DNA of 63,857 bases, the filler included, from Dugesia japonica (taxonomy: Eukaryota), in the NCBI GenBank assembly GCA_001938525.1. It is 6 parts of 6 records of this genome, joined end to end, with 100 filler letters (N's around TTAATTAATTAA, not from the genome) between each part and the next. Parts side by side here need not be neighbours in the genome. Positions count along the whole stretch, not along the records: positions 45,969 to 55,470 come from MQRL01639110.1; positions 55,571 to 63,857 come from MQRL01612304.1; 4 more parts are not named here. One strand, given 5' to 3'. Position numbers and translations under genes: made by a program. Below are positions 52,855-63,857 of the stretch, in pieces. The notes beneath the pieces were generated by a model. The model made no database searches, was not told where the DNA came from, and saw only the letters and a list, made by a program, of their open reading frames with translations. Each line of letters opens with the position of its first letter. Position 1 is the first letter of the stretch.

Positions 52855-53345
52855 TTTTAATATTTGGTGGGCATTTCGTCAGCGTTAATAACAGCTTGTC
52901 ATTTGCGTGGTATACTTTCAACAAGGTTAGTGAGAAACGTTGTTGTTAAGTTTTTCCACACAACTTCTAAAATTTGAAATAATTCATTTTCATTTTTTGG
53001 ATTTTCTGTCTGCCACTTGTTTATCCAGAAAAATCCATACGTTTTCAATATGATTTAAATCTGGACTTCTTCAAAAAAAATGTCACTTGTTTTGCTTACA
53101 TCAACAAGAGAAGCAATTTCTTTTATTGACAGTGGATTCTTGATATTAATTTTTCTTCTGCCTTCTGATTTAATAATTGTTGTCGTTTGTTATGCAATAT
53201 TGAATTTTAAACTTTTTTTAAATATGATCTATGGTAGTGGCATTAAGAATTTGATTTCTTGGAAAGATTTTATGACATTCAATTTGTATTTTCGTAATAC
53301 GTAATATCTCATTCTTGAATTCAATGATTTTTATTCTTTCGTCAT
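52855..53345 (-). mobile_element. Internally deleted Tc1 (DD34E) transposase remnant
   Basis: SPDLNHIENVW...LFQILEVVW...NLVESIPRK*QAVINA...TKY*. Confidence 0.82.
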
Positions 53346-55470
53346 TATTAAACATTTGAATTTTTATTTTTTAAATATATTGCAAATAACTATATGGGAT
53401 TTTAGAAAGGATCCCTGTAGATGAATATTATTGAAAAACCTTGTGATTAATAATTATGTAAAGTAAATTTATATTTCAATTTATTATTTGAAAACAGTAC
53501 ACAACTTATTCCACAACCCAATATTTTNAATATCAGAACTAATAGTTGGAGACATATTCTTATTCACACAATTTAAAGATAAATTAACAATATTTAAAAT
53601 ATTATCAAAAAAAAATATTCGCACATATTAAAATTATTTTAACCAATTCTTATTTTAATTAAATTAAAGTAGTTTAAAAATTTTTTCGAAAGAAAGTTGC
53701 ATGTATCGTTGATGATTGGATATCATAATCCCACCAATAAGAAACATGATTCTGTCTACTAAATTAATAAGAGTTCTTAACGTTTTTTACTATTAAATTT
53801 TGAGAGGTTATATATATATATATATATATATAAATTTGTATATATTTAAATGGCGTCTTTTTTAATGATTTTTGAACTGTTTTTGTTTTAATAATTTTTT
53901 TTAATCAAATAATTTTCTTTTTTTTATATTAGATAGTCAACATTTATTATTTATTCGAAATAAATTTAAAGAAATAATCAATAACTTTTTCCATTAACAA
54001 TAATATTTAAAAAATATTTTTCCAAATGATCAGTTTATATGAACAATACTTTTTATTTATGAATTATTATTGTTTTCTTATTCATATTTATTCTTCACTG
54101 ATTTTCTAAAAAAAATCTAATAAATGATGTATTTTTTTTTATTTATTTACTTTATATACGATAGAAAGGTAATGGAATATGAAAAGAAATTTTCGCTCAA
54201 ATAACGATTTTTATTTTCTATTATTTTGCCAGCAGCAAAATACGCATTCAAACATAAATATTATTTGCTAATATTTAGTATTTAATAAACAATTCATAAT
54301 CACAATATTTTCTGAATATTTCTAGTTTTGTTAACTGTCAATTCGAATAAACAAAAACTTTTTTATTTGAATATTGAGTTTGATATTTTAGCTATTTAAA
54401 ATAAGAACTTTAAGGATTTTTATTATTTCACGTAACATATTTTTAATTATGACAATATATACTGAGAAATAAATCCTTGATTGTATGTAATTGTGTGAAA
54501 GGTTATTCGAAACGTTTTAACTCTACATTTTTATTATTTAAAGCGTGATTTTCTAATAATATAACTTCTTTCTTGATTGACATTGTTCTATTTCCATTAT
54601 ATATTCATATTAGGTTATATTATTAATAAAATCTAATTGTTTTCTTATTTAAATGATAAACAATACTAGATGTAATATATTTGATTTTGGTTCTTTTGTG
54701 GGTGAAAGTAATTTTTCTTATTTTCACTTATCGGTAATCACAATTGTCAAGATAAAATTCTATTGCTCTTAACTCTCATTCATTTTGTTTTACCACATTT
54801 GAATGTTAGATTTCATTAAATTTTGGAACTATAAGGTCATAAATTAACAATTTATTTTTCTAAATTTCCTAAGAGTAAGCAGAATGTTCTGCATTATCAT
54901 AGTACACCAGTTATTGAATGATCTTGAACTGGTCATTGACTATCCTTCGTGATATACTTCTTGTCTATGATTTCNNNNNNNNNNNNNNNNNNNNNNNNNN
55001 NNNNNNNNNNNNNNNNNNNNNNNNNNNNNNNNNNNNNNNNNNNNNNNNNNNNNNNNNNNNNNAGTTTTCCATTTTTATTTCTTGTAATAACCATTAATTA
55101 GTAGTAATTGGTCAACTAAACTACAATTAAAACTCATTTACTAAGAAATTTACGAAGTTTTCTCTTGTAACTCATGTTTTTGACCAGATCATTATCTATC
55201 ACATTTTGAACAGAAATTACTCGTATTCCCAGTTATTCGGACTCATAATTTCTCGTAAAGAAATCTTTGCTAATTCTATTTTATTTTTCACGCCATCTAC
55301 GAATGAAAAACATTATTCACTAATGTTTGGTGATTTATATATTAAACAAGTTATATTATTATTCATAGAAATCTTCTTGCATAGTTATATGAAAGACAAA
55401 AATATGGAAACTTTTACCTAATTTAATATTTTTAATATCTACAAAGATTCTTTAGTTTTTCCACAAAACT

Positions 55471-55570
55471 NNNNNNNNNNNNNNNNNNNNNNNNNNNNNN
55501 NNNNNNNNNNNNNNTTAATTAATTAANNNNNNNNNNNNNNNNNNNNNNNNNNNNNNNNNNNNNNNNNNNN
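55471..55570. other. Artificial scaffold spacer
   Basis: N44-TTAATTAATTAA-N44. Confidence 0.95.
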
Positions 55571-55670
55571 TGTGCTGCCGCCTATTTACATTAGAAAAAT
55601 TTAAAAACAGTTATGTAATAAATTTTTACACACGGGTGGGGGGGTTCTACTGAATGTGTGCTGGCTACGT

Positions 55671-55689
55671 GCGCCACTATCTATCTACT
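55671..55689 (-). mobile_element. Polinton-type terminus
   Basis: GCGCCACTATCTATCTACT preceded by a G run. Confidence 0.65.
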
Positions 55690-57479
55690 TCTATTATATT
55701 TAAACAATGATTTATTTATCCTTGGTGTAAATAATAACTCTATGATATTTAAACAATGATTTTAATTATGATGTATTTTGATTTTCTGATTAATTTTATT
55801 TGGAACATTTATTTTTATTTTTGAACATTTATTTTATCTCAAAAGTTTTATGTTGTAAATAATAATTTTATTTATCTGTACAACTAATTTTTTTTAACAG
55901 AAATATCTATTAGTTTGATCATTGATGTGTGTATAGCCTACATATGTAAAATTATTATAAATGCTGATCAGTTTTGGCTAATTTTTAGAGACTTTTGATT
56001 CAGCTAGAATCCGATCTCTCTGNTAAGGCATCTCTAGCTTGTTTCTAAAATTTTGCTTATAGGTGTAACACTATAGTTATATTATTATATATCAAAAATA
56101 AATTTATTCAAAGTATTCTTATTGGTTATTTATTTATTAAAGTATTGTTTATATAATACTGTACGAACATACAAATGGAAAAATCAACACCCGTAAAATT
56201 TGCAAACATATTATCAACCAATAGTTATAAAATAATTGAACCATAAAAAACTTGATGAGTAGAAATACCCAACAAATTTGATGGCGCGAACCGGGAATCA
56301 AAATAATAAAAATTATTAAAAGCAGTTTTAAATCAAGCAGGTGTTCAGACCTTTATTAAAATATACCGTGTATTGATCAGTTTGATATCAGATATTGGAG
56401 AAAATCCTACTACGATCTCTTATCAAAGTTGATTAATTTGATCATCTTAAGTTTGGTATTAGATTTAGATTGAATTCCTGCCGCAATCCTTTAGCAACGT
56501 TCTGATAATATAAAATTAGTTCCCTTAAAGTAATAAAGTTAAAAGTGATTCAAAATTTACCGGTTGAAACGAAACTCACGAAATTGTTTGATTAGTATTC
56601 CGGTTAAAACGATACCGAAGAATTTGTTGATTAGTATTCCGGTTGAAACGATACCGAAGAAAATAACTGTTAGTATTCCAAATGAAAAAAACTGAAGAAA
56701 AAATCATTGGAAAAAATATAGTATATAAATTGCGAAACAAAGATATTAAAAAAATGGCTGCAGCAAAAATTAAAAATGAAAACATACCATTTAAAAATCT
56801 AACAATGAAAGATCAGGTAGGAGGTGGATTTGGATACCGTGGTAACTTGAATATAATACCCATAGAGTTCTATGCAGGGAAACCTGAGGAGTTCGACGAG
56901 TACTTTGAGCCTATGCAGGTTTGTGCCACAGCTTGTGGATAGACAGAAGCAGAATTAATTAAAAGATTGCCACTTTATCTAAAAGAATATGCATTAAAAT
57001 GTTATAAAAATTTGGATGCCAAAACTGATAAATGGAATTACTTAATAGCAAAATTGAGAAAAAAGATAATAGTTCCAAGTGAATTAGAAAGAATTTATAT
57101 ACAAAAGTTTAGAGATAGAACACAATTAGGAAATGAAACAAAGGGCGAATATATATACAAATTAACGAGATTAGTAGAACAAGCTTTTAGAAAAGGAGAT
57201 AATACGGGTCATATTATAGAGTTTCAATTCCTAAATGGGACACATAAACATATTCGCGATGCTCTAATTGCAGCAGAGTATAAAAATTTAGAAGAATTAA
57301 CAACAAAAGCCAGAAAAATTGAAACAAACACAAAACATAAAGAGAAAACCAGACAAATATATGCAATTGAAGTAAGTAATGAGGGATCGTCATGGAACGA
57401 TATGCGATAGGCATATCAAAATCGTCAAGATAGTAGAAAAGAGCAAGATGTGAAATTTAAAACAGATTACTACCAAAGA

Positions 57480-57700
57480 AATGATAACAACTACAACAGA
57501 AACTCAAGTCCTGGAAGACATAACAATAATTATGACAGACATTCAAGCCCTGGAAGGAGCTATAGCAATAATAATCGAAATTCGAGTCCTAGAAGGAATT
57601 ATAACAACTATAATAGAAATTTCAGCCAAGATAGAAATTATGATAAAAAACGCAAGTCCAGCGAATGGATATAATCGGCATAATCGAGGATATAGTCCAA
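57480..57700 (+). repeat. 33-bp coding tandem repeat in gag (NYNRNSSPGR-like, ~5 copies)
   Basis: NYNRNSSPGRH / NYDRHSSPGRS / NNNRNSSPRRN / NYNRNFSQDR. Confidence 0.85.
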
Positions 57701-58276
57701 AGAGAAATGATAATAGAAGGAATCCAAACGCGTATTTTTCAAATGAAGGTAGAGATAAATTGAATAACAGAGGGCAAATAAAGTGTTTTTATTGTAATAA
57801 ATATGGACATGTGGCAAGAGTATGTAGAAATAAACCAAATCATTCTAGAAGTATTCTAAAGAAAGATGTATCATTCAGCCCAGAAACAAGAGAAACTAAT
57901 GCTATTGAAGTAATCGATAATGAAGCTTATAGAAATATGAGACTCGAGTTGGAAGATATGAAAATACATTATCAGCGTATGATGGAGAGACAACAAGAGA
58001 AAGAAGAATATGAAATAAATATGCGTGAACCAACAGAAGTAGATTAAGATGCAGTTGATGAAAAGAAGCAGGAAATATTGATAGAGAATGTTCGATTAGA
58101 AATAACGATTGGAAAGATGTTAATGAATATCCTATCAACTTCCAAAACATTAAACCAGTAATAATCATTTAGCAAAAAATCGAAACAAAATAGCGATATC
58201 AAAAAATTTAGAAACAATAGACGAGATATTTCAAAAATATAGTGAATATATAAAAGGAAACGAAACGTTGCAAGAG

Positions 58277-58525
58277 TCATTAAAGATCAAGGTGGTAGCA
58301 GGAAAAAACGAATGCTCAGTGACAGCATTAGAATTAACAGTACATTCTTGTACGAAAACGAACAAATTATATAAAATAATAAAGAGAGATTAACCAGTAT
58401 TGTTAAAAACTGAAGATGAGATAAAACTATCATTCTATGAACAGAACTAAAGGAAAATAGAACATTGATGGAATATGGAATTATTCCAGGAAATAATAAT
58501 ATCATAAAAGCAACAATCATTAAAC
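58277..58525 (+). pseudogene. Ubiquitin-like domain between Gag and protease
   Basis: SLKIKVVAGKNECSVTALELTVHSCTKTNKLYKIIKRD*PVLLKTEDEIKLSFY[fs]TELKENRTLMEYGIIPGNNNIIKATIIK aligns by eye to ubiquitin (ITLEV..., [20 protein letters not shown]). Confidence 0.7.
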
Positions 58526-61500
58526 ATAAGCCGCAAATATTACCAGACGATCAACAACAATCTATGGAAGAAATTTTGAGTATGATGGCACAAGCAGATA
58601 AAGCTGAAGAGGAAAGAGCAAGCCAACAACAGCCACCAACATCGACCACAAGAAATGAAAACCATCAACATCAGATGATGTAGGAAGCGAAATGCCAAGA
58701 CAGAAAATATTTAAAGACAAAGTATCAGATTATAAAAGATTAGAATTAGAAAGAATTGATAATATGGAAAAGCGTGGTATTTATAAAATTAATGATATTG
58801 AGAAGGCGCGAAAACATATGCTTTTCCCAATACAAAGAGAGAAAAAATATCAATAATGGTTGATAAAGTAGAAAAGGGAGTAATGAAGACGATGTGAATT
58901 TTGAATCACTATTGCACGCAGATCATTTTAAAAGGGCAATGCGCAATTTTGTAGATAGATATTTAGGAGGAATGCAATGATTTGGTAATATATTCTCATG
59001 TATTTTATTCTGGTGTATGTCCTAACATTTTTAAAATTAGCGGGTCATCAACTACTTTCTCTCAGACAATTGCATGCAGTTTTCGGTTACACATTGAAAT
59101 TAGGAGCATGTTTTTGCCCATTTATTGCAAAACACATGATTGTGCTAAATCATAGTGAAAAAATAAAAAATCTAGAAAAATATCGAGGCGTATATACAAT
59201 AAACATGGATGATGAGCAAGAGTTAAAAACGTTAACTAATGATAGATCATCAGATACAGAATATAAACCATATAAACAAAAAAATAGCGAATTAGAACAG
59301 ATAAAAAGAGATGATTCAACACAATATAAATATCAAAAGATATACTCAATGTCAGTCATAGATTCAGATAACAATAGACCCACAACTGATATTATAATAA
59401 ATGGAATAAGGATACCTTTTTTAATAGATACACGAGCAGTATCCTTAATAATAAAGTAGTCATGGTTAAATAAACCCCAAAGACAGAAAATAAAAATCTA
59501 TAAACCAGAAGGTATAAAATCATTCACCGGTCATATAATAAAAACAAAAGGCATAATTGAATGTAAGGTCTTAATTGGACAAGAAATTGTTACACATTCA
59601 TTTAGAGTGATGGAAAATGGAACACAAAATTGTATTTTAGGTATGGATTTTCTGGAGAGGTTAAAAGGATATGTCATTCATTTGCAAGGCAGCACGCTTA
59701 AGATGGTAACATGATAACCAGTACTAGATAGAGGTAATTCAGTATGTGCAACAGAGTTAAAAACAGTAGAACGCTGTAGTGAATGTAAAATACCTATACA
59801 TACAGAAGTACAAAATATCAAATCATATATTTTTGAACCAAATGAGAAATTGATAGAGAAAAATAATTTATCAATGATGCCCGAATGTGTAGAATCAAGA
59901 AAAGGGATAATACCAATGAGAATAGCTAACTACAATAATTACAATGTGATACTTCAAAAAAAAATTAGGAAATTTTTTGAAAATGGAAACGAATATGAAA
60001 TATATGAAATTGTAATTGAAGAGCAACAAAAGAAAGTGAACTTACAGAAACAGAATAAACAAACCCCGAATATAAAATAAACAAAAAAAGTTGGTCAACT
60101 AAATAATCATGAACTATTTGAGCTTATAATGGAAAAACAAGAGAAAATTGACAAAATAATTGACAAAGAACTAATAAAGNNNNNNNNNNNNNNNNNNNNN
60201 NNNNNNNNNNNNNNNNNNNNNNNNNNNNNNNNNNNNNNNNNNNNNNNNNNNNNNNNNNNNNNNNNTTGGACAAATATGAGGATGCATTCGCTAAACATGA
60301 GTTTGATATGGGAGGAACAAACATTATAAAACATATAATAGATACAGGTAATGCAAGACCAATAAAACAACGACCATATGTAGCACCGTATGCGTTAAGA
60401 CCAGCAATCAAAAGAAAAGTAGCGGAACAAAAAGCAAATGGAATCATTTTCTCAATGGGCATCGCCAATAGTACCAGTTAAAAAGAAAGACGGTGAGATT
60501 AGAATGTGCATTGATTACAGAAAACTTAATGAAGTTACACAAAAAGATACACACCCATTTCCTAAGATACATGAACAATTCAATAAGTTAATGAATGCAG
60601 AATACTTTTAGATGCTAATAAAGGTTATAATGTAATCCCAGTACAAGAAGAGGATCGAGAAAAAACAGCATTCTGTACTGATGATGGATTATATGAATTT
60701 GTCAGATTGCCGTTTGGGCTATGCAATGCACCAGCTACATTTTAGAGACTAATGAACACAGTATTAACTGGTGTGGAACATGTAGTTGTGTATATGGATG
60801 ATATACTCATAGCGTCTGAAACATTTGAACAGCATTTAATTAATATAGAAAATGTACTATCTAGAATTAGAAAAGTTAATATTAAATAAAAACCCACAAA
60901 GTGTAAATGAGCAGAGGAAAGTGTTTTATTTCTCGGACATATTGTATCATCAAAGGGATTGGAGCCAAATCCAGAAAAGGTAAAAGCGGTCCAAGATTTT
61001 CCAGTGCCAAAAAGCGTACAACAATTACAAGGATCTATTGGTTTAGTGGGATATTATCGGAGATTCATACAAGATTTTGCAAAAATATCAGCACCATTGG
61101 TAGAATTAACCAGAGGTATGAAAACAAAAGGTGAAAGCAAAATTGTCATGATTGTAGAACAATTAGATGAAAAATCAAACAAAGTCTCAGAAGAAATGGG
61201 GCCCAAAACAACGAGAAGCTTTCGATACATTAAAACAACGATTGCTAACCGCTCAAATATTAAGATATCCTGACGTTACAAAGCAATTCATAGTAATGAC
61301 ATATGCAAGTGGATATGCCATGGGAGCAGTGCTTGGTCAGGAAGACGAAAAAAATAAAGATTATGTAATTGCATATGCCAGAAGAATGTTAAAAGAAGCA
61401 GAGACAAGGTATTCAAAAATTGAAAAAGAATGTTTAGCTATCATATTTGCGTTAAAACAATTTAGACCATTTATATATGGAACAGAAATAATTATCCGAA

Positions 61501-62966
61501 CAGATCATAAACCCTTAGAGGGTTTGTGGAAAAATAAAGATGCATCCAATAGAATACTGAAGTGGGCAATGAAAATTCAAGATATGAGCATAAACATTAT
61601 ATACAAGCCAAGTAAAGCAAATAAAAATGCTGATGCATTATCAAGAATTCCAGAAATAAATATATAAGAAATGATGTCAATTGTTATAACAGGAACAAAC
61701 ACAAAAACGTTTCTGGAGGAACAAAATAAAGATAAACAAATACAAGAGATTAAAAAGATGATGCTTCAAGAAAAGAATACTAAATATAAAATGTATAAGA
61801 ATTTTCTTATGTACAATAATTTAGAGAAAAATCTGATGGTTGTACCAGATTCTCTAAAGCAACTATTATTATTAGAATATCATGATGGAGCGCTAAGAGG
61901 ACACCTATCTAGTAGAAAAACCACGTCAAGATTACTACAAAAATACTATTGGGATAATATCAAAGAGGATGTAAAGAAGTGGTGTTTAAGCATGTAGTAT
62001 CTGTGCCACAAGAAAGAACACAGGAACAGAAACCAAAGTTCCATTACAACCAATTCCAATACCCAGCTCATCAATGGAAACATGTGTAATGGATTTTTTG
62101 TGCAAATTACCAACAACTATAAAAGGCAATAAACATATATTAGTATTCAATGACTATTTCACAAAGTGAGCAGAGGCATTTCCTACCAAAAATGAAACAG
62201 CAGATACATTAGCAAAGTTATTAGTTGAAAAGATAATATACAAATATGGAGCGCCAAGAAAGTTGCTACCAGATAGGGCAAAGAGTGTTCTCAATGAAGT
62301 CATAAAACGAGTAACAAATATGTTTGATATTAAAAAAATAAATACGACGGCTTATCACACACAAACGGACGGATTAGTTGAAAGATTTAACAGTATATTA
62401 TGTAATAGATTAGCGGTTTTCGTAAATAAACATCAAAATGATTGGGACCTATTTATTAAACCAACATTGTTCATACATAATACAACTGAGAACGAAGCCC
62501 CGGGATATTCACCATTTTATCTTATGTACCTCAGACAAAATCATATGCCAATAAATATAGCATTTATATAGCATAGCCAAACGTGTCACAATATATGGAT
62601 AATCCAAATTATGTCACAAAAATGCAAGAAAAACTACAAGAAGTGTATAAACAAGCCAATCTAGAAGTAAAATTCAAATAGGAACAATACAAAGACTATT
62701 ATGACAAAAAAGCTAAAGAATATAATTTACAGTTGGAGATAAAGTAAGAATAAAGACACTAATCACACAAAAGTGGTTAACAAATAAATTAGCAAGACCT
62801 TACGAAGGTCCATATGAAGTAGTAAAAACAACTCCTACAAATTTACATATAATAAAAAACAAAAAAGATGACCCCATGATTGTGGCAATTAACCGATGCA
62901 AAATAGCGGAAGCAGAAATTGAACCTAAAAAACAACACAAATGTAACCTTTGATCAGGATCACAAA

Positions 62967-63814
62967 ATGCATAACCACTCTTTGTACTAACTTTAGTGAC
63001 ATTATTAACAGTAGATGTAGCTAAAATGGAGAAAGGAGAAAATTTTGGTATTATATAAAGGATAATATATATTCTAATAGCATCGTACTGAAGGCACCAA
63101 ATAATATAGCAATTGCTGCAACGATAAAAGATCACGTAATCGATATAGCAAATGAATACACTACGAAAAAGAGATATGTTTTCGCAGCAGTATCAATGAA
63201 ATTCAGCAAAGGGATAGGCCAGATAGAGATAAAAGGACTAAAAGCTGATACAAAATATAGAATTTGGATACAGTATAGAATGAGCGGAGTCAAATTATTG
63301 AAACAGTATGTATTCCCTACACTACCAGAAAAATTGATTACAACAAATAAGGACTACTTCAAGTAAACAAGAAAAGCCGAATACAACCAAATCACAGATA
63401 AAGACAAGATTTGTGACTATTCCTACAAGACAAGAGAAGTTAAAAATAACTAAACCACAAATAAAAACAAGTATTCGTCACAATACACTAATATGTAGTA
63501 ATGTTACAGTGAAAACGACAACGAGTGTAATAACAAACAAAAATCCAAAGAGAAATAGACAGACTTTGATTAATAGCATAAATTTAGATCATCAACAATT
63601 GTGACATAAAATCTTACAATTATGGATTACCACCACAACAGTAAAACCATTTGACATAAAAATATTACATCATCCTTTCTCAATAATGGGAATGATTGCA
63701 TTACTCTTCCTCTTCGCTTTTATAATTACATTAATCCAAATACATAAGCGATATAGGTTGAAGAGGCAGCGTTATCGCCGTCGCAATACCCCGCATATTC
63801 CAAATTATGTCTAA
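62967..63814 (+). pseudogene. ORF3 in env position: type I membrane protein with signal peptide, FN3-like domain, Thr-rich stalk, TM helix and basic tail
   Basis: Reconstructed over three frameshifts and one stop: PLFVLTLVTLLTVDVA; NIYSNSIVLK...IEIKGLKADTKYRIWIQY...FPTLP; RTTSSKQEKPNTTKSQIKT / VTIPTRQEKLKITKPQIKT; FSIMGMIALLFLFAFIITLIQI; HKRYRLKRQRYRRR. Confidence 0.7.
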
Positions 63815-63857
63815 TGGACATTGGTCTGAACACCTTGCGGTAAATTTCAAAGAGATA

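Larger units (their letters stand above)
56064..63857 (+). mobile_element. Large degenerate Ty3/Gypsy LTR retrotransposon (putative 5' LTR ~56064-56274, PBS-like 56282-56299, gag, Ubl insert, pol, ORF3); runs off the window
   Basis: TGT...ACA candidate LTR then TGGCGCGAACCGGGAATC. Gag 56682-58047 with CFYCNKYGHVARVC. Protease FLIDTRA ~59418. RT YMDD 60791. RNase H (YSKIEKECLAI, RTDHKPL, NADALSR). Integrase HHCC, GLVERFN, YEGPY to ~62950. Confidence 0.93.

Noticed and set aside
56251-56270. CTTGATGAGTAGAAATAC as a hammerhead in the Gypsy LTR
   Set aside because: The core is not CTGATGA and no convincing stems form.

Overview
A strongly AT-rich eukaryotic scaffold with (AAT)n microsatellites and ~50-nt introns. 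It looks like a planarian/flatworm draft assembly, which is my inference. Five artificial 100-nt spacers (44 N + TTAATTAATTAA + 44 N) join the pieces, so adjacency across them is not established. Host genes: one intact SKOR/fussel-type Ski-family corepressor CDS (24751-25881, +) and three consecutive exons of an anoctamin/TMEM16 gene (46909-47475, -). Most of the rest is decayed mobile DNA: Ty3/Gypsy LTR elements, a NeSL/R2-like non-LTR 3' end, pogo/Tigger, hAT, Tc1/mariner, Helitron, several MITEs, a Penelope-like insertion with a minimal hammerhead core, and Polinton/Maverick debris (chromo-integrase, penton, small lytic-peptide-like ORF, seven AGTAGGTAGATAG-type termini). Most interesting observations: (1) the Gypsy element at ~56.1-63.9 kb has a ubiquitin-like domain between Gag and protease and, in the env position, a type I membrane ORF (signal peptide, FN3-like domain, Thr-rich stalk, TM helix, basic tail); (2) a 43-aa HCECYxC micro-ORF occurs in two diverged but open copies near Polinton-type termini; (3) arrays of small intron-containing accessory genes appear to sit inside mobile elements.
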